DNA from: Gonapodya sp. JEL0774
Taxonomy: Eukaryota
Length of the DNA: 39,809 bases
Assembly: GCA_027604505.1 (NCBI GenBank)
Contig: JADIIX010000080.1
Span: 62,001-101,809, forward strand
Reading direction: 5' to 3'
Positions 1 to 11,803 of the stretch are shown in pieces. Position numbers and translations under genes: made by a program. A model generated the notes under the pieces. That model worked only from the letters and a program-made list of their open reading frames with translations, was not told the DNA's origin and ran no database searches. Position 1 is the stretch's first letter. Every line of letters begins with the position of its first letter.

Positions 1-11
1 CGCCTTGAACC

Positions 12-1518
12 ATGTCGAACTCTGGTCGTGTCGCGATCGTCACTGGCTCCTCCTCAGGAATTGGAAAAGCAGGTGTGCTCCTTCTCTTCGGCAATCGGAT
101 CGAACGCATCCGAACTCACAAAAGGTTCCGTCACAACACGACAATACCTCATTTACAGTTGCAATTCAACTAGCAGCTGCTGGATGGAATGTGGTCATTA
201 ACTGCTCTTCATCAGTGGCGGCGGCCAACGCAGCTGCAGACGAAATCAACGCGAAGCAACAAGGGAAGGCCATCGTTGTGCAAGCAGACGTGGGAAAGGA
301 CGAGGAGTGTAAGAAATTGGTGGACAAGACTGTGGAAGCTTTCGGGAGATTGGATGCCGTGGTTAACAATGGTGAGTCCGGCTTGGACACGGGCAACCGA
401 CAGCCGGTGTGCAATGCTCCGAACCATCCGGATCACTAATAATCAATCACCAATAATGTCGTCTTGCTCGGTCCGAATAAGCTGGTACGACCAAGTTTAA
501 CGCACACAACAACCTCCCGGGTCTCACCTCGGAAGATTTCCTCCGTATTTACAGCGTGAATGTCGTAGCCCGTGAGTTGCGACCAATTCGCTCCCTCAGC
601 GAAATTGGCGCTCCTCACACTATCTGTGCTTTTTGCTCTCGTACTCCACCTTATCATTCACTCGACATGGTACCCCGCGCGTCCGCCAGCATACAACATG
701 GTGAAATACGCAGAACCACATCTACGTCGTTCTGGTAAAGCATCCGTTGTAAACGTATCTTCTATCGCCGGAATCATGGGTGCTGGCTCCTGTGCTGCTT
801 ATGGTGAGCTTGGGAACAAGGACATTACCTCATATATTGTGGAATATTTACAAAAATTATACAGCGGCTTCGAAGGGAGCTCTAAACACTCTGACCCTTT
901 CCATGGCACGGAATTTAGGGCCTGAGATCCGTGTGGTGAGTTGGAAACCCAGCGCCGCCGCAACCTCGGAACAGTCCTTGCTAAACCCGTGTTCTACATC
1001 AACCTGCCCGTCTCAACCCAACTCGCCGCTTCATTGTCCGAATCAATGTTAGAATGCTGTGTGCCCCGGTTTTGTGGAGGGTGACTGGCTCCGGAATGGG
1101 TACGGTGACAAGGTCTACGAAGCGATGAAAAACAATTATGCCAAGTCAACACCACTTCATGCGTCGGTGAGAATGATGGAATCATTGGAACTATGTCTGT
1201 TACGGAGAATGAGTAGTCGCTGAAATGTTACCTTTAGGTGACGGCAGAGGATATTGCAGAGTGCGTCGTGTTCCTGTGCTCATCTGGAAACAAAGTTACG
1301 GGCGAGATTCTCAAAGTGGTGAGTAGTGCAATTCGGGGGTCCATTTGCAGCGTCTACTCATAAAGCAACACGTGCTCTACTGCTTTCACTGACCGTCATT
1401 TGTACAGGACTCGGGCTGTGAGTATTTATATATGTTGACGTGGATATCTGAACAATGACTAACAATTCACCACCTCACAGTTAATCTCAGCGCTGTTGCC
1501 CCTCCAATCAGGCTTTAG
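12..1518 (+). CDS. Classical short-chain dehydrogenase/reductase (SDR, FabG-like), multi-exon
   Basis: Spliced reading: MSNSGRVAIVTGSSSGIGKA (TGxxxGxG; exon 12-72), VAIQLAAAGWNVVIN...FGRLDAVVNNAGTTKF (NNAG), VVNVSSIAG, catalytic YAASK, IRVNAVCPG, VTGEILKVDSGF, ending NLSAVAPPIRL* (TAG 1516-1518). GT-AG introns include 73-158 and 372-481. Confidence 0.92.
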
Positions 1519-1841
1519 GTCCAATCCGCCGACGAGACCTCTTCGTGACTTGTTTGCTGATATCATACAAGTAGACAGGCGTGTGTGGATGTAAGATGGC
1601 CCCATTAATTTTGACAAATAATACATGAATGCTCACATCGAAGCATGGGTGATGACATCTACTTGCTCTCGGCAAGTCTGTTACGGTCTCTACCTACTGT
1701 GAGAGATCAAAGCTTCTAAAGTAACCGTGACCAGAGTAATAGACATATCAATGGGGAGGGTATGACAATTGATAAATTCTTCCCGACAGCACTAAACCCA
1801 ATGAGTGCTAGTACGTAGTGGACACGAGTGAGCCACACTTC

Positions 1842-3943
1842 TCACACTTCCTTCCTGCGCACCATGACCGCTTTCGTACCCCTCAATGTCACGAGCGTTC
1901 CGGTCGAGTGGCCACACCTGCCGGGGACCTGCCACGGGGCTCTATTATCTGCACGTTTCTCGAGTGGAACAAATGTGCCACCAAAGCAAATACGGCAAGT
2001 CCACAGTGTGGTTTCAGTGGGAACAATAGAGTGGAGAATCCAAGGAACAGATGGTGTGTGCATGTGAGGTGGATTGAGGTGGGTTTGATTGAGGAAGTCA
2101 TCCTATTGTAAAATACGCCCATCATTTGAAAGTTTATGATGGCGAGGTAAGATGAACTTCAGTTACAGGACGAAGAGGTCCTCGATAACGACGATAAACC
2201 CACGTCTGTCAAGTCCACGGTTCGATATTCAACTACTTCTTTTGCCGCTTCCCTTTCTTCCTTCTCCTTTCTTCGCCTATCCACGATTTTATCACACTTA
2301 TCGGCCAAACCGTCAAGTGCAAAGTATCTCGCTTCTGACCGGATTTTGAGCAGCAGCGACGTCGAGAATGCTCCTGCGGATGGTGTATCCGCAGTGCCTG
2401 AAGAGCCAACAGCAGAGGAAGACGTAGTGCCTCGACCTCGCAGAGATTTGCGAGAGTTGGTTCGCTGTGAACGCTGGGGCGGAGACGCGACGGATGCCTG
2501 AGGGAGAGAGGACAGGCTTTGAACTCGGGTATGCCCACGAGTGCCCGTCGTTGCGGCAGTTCGCGAGGGTTGGGGGGAAGCCTGCGGAGCTGGGGCCGAA
2601 GGAGGACGAGAGAGTTGTGTGGGAGGCGCCGAGGTACCAAGAGCGGATGAGCCAGAAGGAGGCGACGTCGCACTGCGTGCGGATGAGCTATTAACGGAAG
2701 TTCGAGGAGCAGGAACAGGAAGAGCGGGGAGCGGTCGTAAGGCAACCGTGGAGGAGGTCGTAGCAGTAATTGGGCGAGACGGTGAAGTAACACTGGGAGA
2801 AACGGATGACGCGGCTGATGTCGGAGGCTCCGCAATATCGGAGCGGAAGGAAACAAGATTACCGTCCGACTAGATTTGTTTTCAGTTTTAAGCGAGTGAG
2901 GGTTCCACAAGATAAGGAAAGTGTTACAAGGCACAAAATGTACAACTCCAACTCACAGTTAGAGGTAGGCGAGGTGTGGAGGGATCAGCTAAGTTACCTG
3001 AGCCCGAACCACCTCTGATAAACTCATCACCCGGCGCCCATTCTTCCCTTTCATCCTCAGTAACATCATCCTCGACTCCATTGTCATCCCATCCATCCTC
3101 TCCTTCATCCCCGCTCCCGTCCTCTTCATCCGCAAAGAGCTTTCCTGTGCGGAGGTATCGCAACACATGCTCGAAAGCATCACCGTCACGGTCAAGGAAC
3201 AACCGACCCTCAGGATCTACTGTGGGGGATCCAGAAAACCGGGATGGGTCAAAGAGTGCCGAAAAGAAAGTTTGTGTTGGGGGATGCTGTGCAGTAACAA
3301 ACTTGGAAGTAGTATTCTGTTGTTGGCCTTGCTTTGAGGTGTTCGAGCCCCCGTGGTCGAGAAGAGCTGCGTCTGCAGAAAAAGATCGTTGCCGGGAGAT
3401 GCGAGCAGCGTTGCGGACGGAATTCGATGCAAGGCTAGGAGGCGGGCCACCACCATTCTTCAACGTTTCCACAGTAGTACTGAGTCAGCGGATAAACCGA
3501 AAGGTCAGTGCCACGTGAGTCGACGGAAAACTGCGCTCATAAGGTTGACGTGAGCAGGCGTCACTCCGACAACTATGAACATGTCCTTGATTCTTGAATT
3601 TCCCGCCCTCGAAGTACATTAGACGGCCATTACGGCATATAGGCAGTCACATTCCATAGAGTTCCCCCCTGGCTTCCGGCGTTCAGGGCAATTGGTGTAC
3701 CGATCGATAAAGTTGTTCTCTGTTCACATGTATCTTCAATCAGCCGGAAAGAGTGCAATCCACGTCAAGAATTTCCTTTTCAGTTCAATTGAGATTGCGC
3801 TCTCGAGTGCGCCTCATTAAATCAGGACTGGGGTCGTTCCACTATACTCACTGGAATATCCGTCCACCCACGTTGATGGTGATAAATCCGGAGGTCGGCA
3901 GGCGAACTCCAGCAGATGGGTCTGCTGCCTTCTTTTCCTCCAT
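1842..3943 (-). CDS. BTB/POZ (KCTD/T1-type) domain protein with long low-complexity insertions; 4 exons
   Basis: Exon 1 (3943-3852) MEEKKAADPSAGVRLPTSGFITINVGGRIF joins exon 2 (from 3479) HTTVETLK...FFSALF...LFLDRDGDAFEHVLRYLRTGKL. Exon 3 (from 2869) carries LLKIRSEARYFALDGL. The last exon ends ...VMVRRKEV* at 1842. All KCTD-BTB hallmarks (NVGG, TTxxTL, FxDRD, EAxYF) are present. Confidence 0.85.
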
Positions 3944-4377
3944 CGCTGCTGGATCTAATTCGCTGAAAGAAAGACGGGGAAAGCCAAAGTACTTTCATAA
4001 ATTTACGCACCTTGTACCTCACTTAGGTTCCGTCATCTGTGCTTGCCTGAGCGTGACATCATACTCTGCCTAATCCCCACCGGATATTCCCACCCTTTCT
4101 CGAATAGAGCGAATACAGCCAATTTCTTGGTTCAATTCAGTGTGGAACTACCCGGCCAAGTTAGAGCACTCGTTGGAAGATTTGACAGAGTAACCACAAA
4201 TTGTAAGATTTGATATAACCACAGAATAGTTTAACTAAGTTTGTTTGATTGTGTCGTAACATTATGGAGGTCATGGTCAAAACGAGAGATGACTTCGGTT
4301 GAAAGAATTGACAACACACCCCCTCCCCAACACGACCGAGGACCGAACAACCTGCAAATGCGACGCCCTTACGCTTT

Positions 4378-5901
4378 TTAGGCCGTCATTCCTGCCGCTG
4401 CGGCGGTGGAGACTGATGCCTTGCGTACCCTCGCTCTCGCACTCTGTGCCCTCTTCAGAACCGCCCCAATGACACCACCTCCCACTGGCAAGACCCCATC
4501 AGACGACTGGGGAGGCACAGGGTTCAGGGTTTGTATACGAACGTCACGCGACGAAACACGTGCCGGGAACGTGAGAGGAAATTTAGGGTCGCCGGATGGT
4601 GACGATTCAAGGGGGAAAAATCCGTCCAGGCCCGAGACAAGGTTGTGACCGTAGCACCACCCGTCTGAGAATTGCCGGCGCACGAGCACCAAGTCCCCAA
4701 CAGCCAATCGAATCTCGCCTGCACCACCACCCTGTGGGTCGAATGGAACACCCACAGTGCGAACTCGGCCCTCTTCCTCAGCCGCCATCTGAAGCTTCAT
4801 CTGCTCGATTACGGAAGAGAGACCAGATGCTTTGCCTTCCAATTCAGCGACATGGGTGTTACGAATGCGCCGTTCTGACTCTAGCTCCGCGATACGGTTG
4901 TCCCTCTCCCGAACCAAGCGTTGAAGGGCGTTGATATTTGAGTAAAGATCCGCCAGTTGGTCTGCATTTGGAGGACCTGCTTCGACCCTCGCCGTCAGAG
5001 CCGCTGGTTGTTCGTAAATGCTAACCGGTCTCCGTCCCGCGCTGGGTTTGAGAGGGCTCTGAAGATGCCGGCGGAGGAGGTCGAGGAAAGACGCATCCGA
5101 AAGATTTGAAGCTGCCTCCACAGTCTTCTCGCTGACCTGCGCACCATGCTGGAGGAGAAGGGTGACGATCCCCACAGACGGGGCGAGGGTGTGGATCGCG
5201 GAGAGATTGTCGGTTGGAGAGGGGTTGTTGAATGAAATGTGACCCCCGCGGGGATTGAAAGGGAGAGGGCCGGAGTGAAGAGCGAAATCGAGGGCAGAAT
5301 CGAAGTGCAGTCTGTGTTCCAGATCAGCTGCCCAGCCCTTGTGAGCATCCCATTGCTCTCGCGTCCACTTGGCCGACGAGTCCACAATTCGCCATTCGAT
5401 GGGAGCGTTGGGATCGATTTCATCTGAGGTTGGGATTCAACAGGGATGGAAGAAAATGACAAATGGGTACAGCAACCATCATGTATGTTTGGAAGGAGAT
5501 AAGATCAGGAGAAATAAAATTTGCTTACCATTTTGAAGTAAGACTCTGACGATATCTTCTCTTCCATCCCTCATTGCGATACAGAGAGCTGATTCTCCGA
5601 ACCTTGTATCGCTCTCAATTTGGACACTGCTCCCTCCACCCCACGACACGAGTCTCCTAACAGGAAGTCGCACATTGACGGTCACCTTTTTCCTGGCATT
5701 TGGATCCGCTCCTTCACCCAAAACTCTCCCACATGCCACTCTGTTCCCGGTCTCAACTGCATCAATGAGCATCGCATGAAGGTCACTAGTCTCCACGATC
5801 GGATTAAGGGCTGATCCAGTCACCCGTGAGGGGGACTCTGGAGTATTCCATGGTGCGCGGCTGAAGTCGGAGTCCCCGTTGGGTGACCTTGGAGAAAGCA
5901 T
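4378..5901 (-). CDS. Ankyrin-repeat, coiled-coil and SH3 domain protein (2 exons; start uncertain)
   Basis: Ankyrin-like segments (LIDAVETGNRVACGRVLGEGADPN; GESALCIAMRDGREDIVRVLLQN; IVTLLLQHGAQV), a heptad region (LQRLVRERDNRIAELES) and an SH3 (PFDPQGGGAGEIRLAVGDLVLVRRQFSDGWCYGHNLVSGLDGFFP). An intron of about 5528-5424 joins the ORFs 5479-5949 and 4378-5385. Confidence 0.8.
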
Positions 5902-6684
5902 AGGTTCGATCCGAGGAACCGACGCAAATCGACCAAGGGTTTCCAGCAAGGCGAAATCGTGCGTGGACAGTCAGTCAGACCCCTCCAACAAGTTTCTGCA
6001 GCGAAGGCAGCCTGATGGTTGAATCGTGGTTTAATTTAGCGTGGCGGAAAACATCCACGGGGAAATCGAACAGAGACGCCTTTGGGCAGTGACAAATCAC
6101 TAAAAATTTTTTTCTCACCTGTCACTCATGCAAGAGGAAAAGTATCTGCTTTCTTTGTCCGAATGTTGCAACTTCTCGCGATGAAAAAGATCGTGTCATG
6201 TCAGTCATCACAACGAAAATTCACGAAGGATAGAGAACGCCATGTTATCAATGGGAACAGACATCCGAGTTGGGCCATTTCCGTTACTCGTCACCCGTGT
6301 TCAGGTCGACGATGACTCACCCCTCGATACATGTTACCGTCGTAGTTCGCGCGTCCACACTTACCGGCATAAAATTTTGTATTAATGGTACGGTAAAAAG
6401 AGGAGAGAATACGATTTTGCTGAAATTTATTGCCGGTTACACCAGCAGTGCCAAATATCACCCCTGCACACGCTCACTACCATGTCGCCTGTGAACGCCG
6501 CGGTTTGAATTGCCCAATTCTATTCCTCCATGTGCCTCACTAAGAAGAACCAATTACATGATAAAACAATTGTTAGAATCGATTGCATGATGGATTTCTC
6601 GTGCTATACGTTCTAAGAGTCAGCGGACGACTTTGCTGCGGTGCGGACCACGAATTCCAGACTCGGGCACAAGTTCATGATCGA

Positions 6685-7093
6685 ATGTCACCAGGAGGCC
6701 AGGGGGTGTGGGGGATACATGTTGTGTTCATTGTGGGACCCGGAAAAGTGAGGAACGAGCGTGACCAGAAGCCGTGGAACCTGTTAGTCTTCACCAAAAT
6801 CCGCCCTGCCGCAACACAACTTCTGACTTCATTCCGAGACCTTTCCTTCCTACCCGCTCCAGCGTCACACTCTCTCACACTCCACAAGCTCCCACTCCGA
6901 TCCTCGCTCTTACCCCTCTGCCCCCTTTCCCACCTTCGCCACGCACCTACCTCCACCACCTCCTCCACCACCCCGCCCCCCGCACTCACGATCCACACCA
7001 CCATCCACCTCGTTCACTCCCACTGCAGCGGCGCGGTACCAATCTCCACAAGCAAAGAGCGCCCGCTGGGCCGATCTTCCGCCCCTTCACTGA
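6685..7093 (+). CDS. Possible small proline-rich protein (~105 aa, 2 exons)
   Basis: ATG 6685, donor GTGAGG at 6748, branch-like CTGAC, then a GAG acceptor at 6838. This gives in-frame TFPSYPLQRH...HLPPPPPPPPRPPHS...ARWADLPPLH* (TGA 7091-7093). No recognisable domain. Confidence 0.3.
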
Positions 7094-7562
7094 TTTCTCT
7101 GACCATTTTTCTGTACATCACTGTGAACACCACCAAGAACCGAACTACTGCTTTTGTATTTATAGTCATTATGATCCATGAATTTGAAGCGGGGGCTTCC
7201 ACTGATCAAACTGAGTGTCCTATTGTAGCGTCAACCAACATCACGACCACCAATTGATGAGGGCAGTAGTGGAGACCGGCACTAAATTCGAGACAGACTC
7301 ACGTCCAAACTTACCAATTGTTGCTTTTACGCCGCTCAGTTCCCGCACTTCTCGATTTTACTCAGAAAACCGAGCACGCGCAACAACAAACTAACAACAT
7401 TATGGTAAGTGATCATCATGTATGTCGCCTATGTTCTCTCTGTACATATAAGTGGGACTATCACCTCACTCTCCTAATTTAATTGGAGGAGAAACGGGTA
7501 AAACGACCAGTTCTCAGTTCCGCCCAGCCGCCAAAAATTTGCATTACTACGACGTTAATTAA

Positions 7563-10500
7563 TCAACCAAAATAGTTCGAAACCCTCCTCACAAGTCCCT
7601 TGACCTTGGAACGGGGCTTATCTCTTCCAGGTACAGTACCAAAATAATCTGGCGAATGGAACTCCGCGGGAGCTGTCCGCACTGCGGGCTCGTTGGAGAA
7701 CTTGGGGAGGGTATCACTGTAGGGAATAGAGGGGTCGCTCGCAGATGAGTCGAGCGTTTTACTGGACGATATTCGCCGCAGCAACCGCTTGAATGGTGTC
7801 AAAACACTGCTGGCCGAGTTTCTATCTGAACCTCGTGAGATCTCAGACACGCTGCTCGGAGTCGGTGGCGCCAAGTCGAGACGAGGGGGACTCGGAAACG
7901 GTGATAAATACACGGGATTGGATATCGGCCACTTGGCTTTTTGAGCTGCCAGAAACGGTAAAGCGACTTGGTGGGAGGCGGGGGGATTGTGGACGTCCCC
8001 GTAACGCCTGCCCAATTGCAGAGATCCCGCCTGCCCAGCACTCCCACGTCTTTCGCTCAACTGGATCGATGACCATGCGGAGCGGTCCTCATAACCCGGT
8101 GCTGATCTGAAACTCATGCGACCATCCAACGTCTCGGGGGTCGACGTGCGAGCGGCAGATATTATTGAGAAAGACCCTGATGCCGGTGCTGAACGAGATC
8201 CGGATCCAGCGATCCGGCGTTTAGCAGAAACATCCTGGAACTCCATCCACTGAGGTGGGTTTGTTTCCTGTGATTCACGAGCACGACGACTGCTCGGTGA
8301 TCGCGAGTGGTTGCTGGAAGTGGCATGCCCTCGCGGTGGAGAAGGTGAGCGAGAGGGAGAGAGCTGGCGGTAAGTTTTCTGTGAGGACGGATTGGATGTC
8401 GTGCTGGGCTGTTGCATGTTATTTCTTTGCTTCGATTGCCGTTCTCGGTGAGATGGAACATCCCCCAAGGGTTCTCCACCAGACTCAATCTCCTTGTGTC
8501 TTCGTCTGGATCGCAAGCTACCATTTCGCAGTGCAACGCCCTCTGGAACGGTTTCCTCAGCTCCTTCAATCCCGTCATCAAGCCAAGGCAAATCGTGCTT
8601 CACTTCCACGAACCCATTTCCACCATCTCGGGAGCTACTCCGTGTCCTCGGTTCGGGCTTGCTCTCGCGAGACACTCTTCGGTCCTCGCGAGAGGAGCTT
8701 CTGCGTTCCTCTCTCAACGCACGTCGCGCGTCCCTCAACGCTTGTCGATCTGCCTTGGAAGATCGTTTCTCCTCTCTCGAATGAGAAGTCATTCTCGTCG
8801 ATTCCTGAACAGCTCCATTAGTGTTGAACAAAGGAGAATCGAGATTTTGTTCTGGAGCCCATGGTTCCGGATCCCTATCTTTCACTCTCTCTTTGTCACG
8901 AGATCGCTCACGCGACATCCAACCCTTCCGCCTGCCGGTACTGGCCACTGACTCTCTCTTTGAGTTGCCACCGGATTTGCTCCCCTTTTTGCCCGACTTG
9001 CCAGTTTTTGTTGCTACGGGCGCATTGCCGGTGGACCGTCGGTTTTCTGACTGGTAATCAACAGAGGTCCCACCAACACGGCTCCCGCCAGGTTCCGGGG
9101 TGGGATAAGTGTACCTCCCCATCGGCCCAAGCGGACTTGCGATACGGGATTCAGTCCCACTTTCCATACCAGTCATATCGGAGCCCCAGTACCCCGGCGA
9201 ATTGAGTGATGTATGACTGGAGGCAGGGCCAGACCAGTACTGATAATCCACATGCGAAGGAGTACCCACAAGAAGGGATTGTGGTTCCATACCTTGACTC
9301 GCGCTGGAGGCTGCTCGCCCTAATGACCCGACTGAGCGAGGCAAGGAAGAGAAAAGTCGATGTTCGGACCAAGAGTCCTTGCGTTCAACTTGATCAAATG
9401 GCATCCACTCTGTTCGCCCACTCTGTGCGCCACCAAAGTCATGACTTGATGGTTGAGCGGTCCAACTGTCAGATGTTATGGGACTGACTGGTGGCTCAAA
9501 GAAACGTTCCGCTCCACCATCTGCCCGCTCCGAGGAGGGAGGTGAGCGCATCGACTGGGACGGAAACGGCAGCATGTAAGGATGTTCTACTTCATCCGTA
9601 TCATAGCTGGCTTGTGGAGGACGAGGGAGCGACCATTTGTTAGACCCGTGCCCACCAGATTGGTCAACTACGTGGAATGGCACTCCCAAAGTTGCGGACT
9701 GAGCCGCTGGGTTGTGATAGTGGTCTGGACCAAACCAATCTGGCCGGGGACCGAGGTTAAGGGACCCGCCGACCGGAGTTCGTCCACGGTCTGTCTCCGT
9801 TAATGCATCTGTGGAGCTCATTGTGTGTCGACTTCGACCGACTCCTTGGTCCCGCTCGGGAGTGCGCCGACGAGAACGAGGTGGATCCTGCGCCAATTGA
9901 ACACTTGAGGGAGAGTTGGGTGAGGACAATGAATGGTAGTGACGGTGAGGTGGCGGAGGTGGAGAGACCAGATGTCTCCCGGCACTGTGCGAGCGTGGAA
10001 GGGACCCATGCGATACTCGGGGAGGATCAGCTGTGAGGGCGAGGGGTGCCATTGTCCGGGCAAGAAGGTGCGCACCAAGCGCCGGATGGCGTTCTGGTAC
10101 GAGACTTATTGAAGCAGGTGACGAGGTGATAGTACCTGGGGTCCGCGGTGAGAACGCGGAGCCGGAAGATGCAATATTGAGCGGAGTATCTGGCCGAAAG
10201 TCCTGATCGAACAAATGAGAATTGGACTCCGAAAGGTGATCCTCCGTTCCGGAGACCGGGGCATTAGTGTACTGCAGGTTCACGGAATGAACGGATTGAG
10301 TGTTTGTGAGCAAAAAGCTGGGTTGGTCATCTCCACCTAGGGTGTGGTTCGTAGGTTAGCATTCGATATGGAGACAACCCAGAAAAACGGCAATGAACGT
10401 ACCGGTGTCACCGCCAGACGTCTGATTTTGACTCTCTGAAAGCTCATCGCGGTATGGTTCCAAAATACCTGGCGGGCGGCCCACATTAGAGAATGTGATA

Positions 10501-11300
10501 AAGCAACTAAGCTGTCTCAGATAACACTAACCTCCACCAGAATGTCGTTGTGAAGAAAACTCTGGCTCACGATCACCCCACGTCTCCTCCGTGGGCACAA
10601 CTTCTACTCGGTCTCGCTCCCCAAGTCTTCCACTTTGTAGCGAGGCACTACTTCGAGAAGTTTGCTTTCGGGATGTCAGCTTCTTTAAGTCTTCTAAGAC
10701 ATCATCCAGCATCGTCTCCATGTCCATGGAGTCCACACTACCAGGGGTCACGTTAGGGTCCGACTCTCCACCACCGCTCCGAACAGACCCTGCTGTCCGA
10801 GTACTCAGAGCAGGCAGCCGCGGAGGTCCTGTCACCTTCGGACCGGGTTCGTCCGTCCAGAGAGAACGTTCTGGAGTTGCGTCGGTGCGAGTAGTCTTGG
10901 GTCCATAAGACTCAGGAAAAGTGAAAATGCGGTCGGAAGTCGGGGTAGGTCGGGGGAGAGAGAACTTGGGAACGGACGGAGACTGAGTGGTGTCCACGCT
11001 GACGGCCGTATCGTCATGCAAATCGGGCCGGTCCTTTTCTTCAGGTGCAGCATTCTGAAGAGACGCAATGCGGTCCGCATCTGCAGCAACTATGCTGAGA
11101 GCCGGCTTGGGAGCCCCGACAGAGGATGATTGGAGAGCTGAACTCGCTGTCCGTTTGTGTGTCACTTGAGGAAGTGCGTGACTTCCCCACGACCCCACGG
11201 TCCTCCTTGGCCCGTCCAGCAAACTCTGTCCCGCAAAATTATCGGCAGCGATCCTATGCTCGGCCCTGAAAGAGGAGGTTCGGGGCGGTATGTCGCCCAT
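7563..11300 (-). CDS. Large intrinsically disordered Ser/Pro/Arg-rich protein (~1200 aa, at least 3 coding exons), unknown function
   Basis: A 916-codon open terminal exon (7563-~10338) plus a small exon (~10468-10403) and an upstream exon (~11300-10531), joined by GTTAGT..CAG and GTACGT..TAG introns. Likely start MGDIPPRTSS at 11300. A further GTAAGT donor near 11370 suggests a 5' exon. Confidence 0.8.
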
Positions 11301-11803
11301 GGTCTGCCGGGGCGGATCGATTGTTGGCAAGGGTTTCGTTCGTTTCACCCGCGACAGCGATAAAGACTTACCTGGGCCATATCTGCCACTCGCCTCGGGC
11401 TCTTGTTCCCTCGCAGAAGATGTGGGTGTCTGCTGATGTTCCAACCGAGGTAAAAGTATTTCACGTCTCGGGAAACACATGACCGCCGCAACCGGACACT
11501 TTCCTCCCCTTCCTTCCCCTAACGGTTCGTCAATGCACGAGTTGCAGAATAGCAACAAATTTTGTTTCCCAACGGATGCAAGTACAGCAAGCATAACAAT
11601 TCAAGGAACATCTTAGGTCTCCACTAGCTTAAGATTTTTCAGGCTCAACTTCGACTTCCGTGTAAAATTCAAGTCTTTTATGGCCTTCCAAGCGTTCACT
11701 TGATTTCATTTGCGGCAAAGTCCCTCCAACGGGTGGTGCCTTGAGGCACTCTCACCAAGCACTTTATCCCAACTCAATATCGCCGTCCCCGCGTTCCTCA
11801 AAT

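Noticed and set aside
2233..2934. 233-aa L/P/R-rich ORF on the minus strand
   Set aside because: It is an alternative frame of BTB exon 3; the true frame carries the EARYF BTB helix.
6583..7257. 224-aa plus-strand ORF with a hydrophobic C-terminus
   Set aside because: Non-ATG start, no recognisable domain, and it runs through likely intron and AT-rich UTR sequence.
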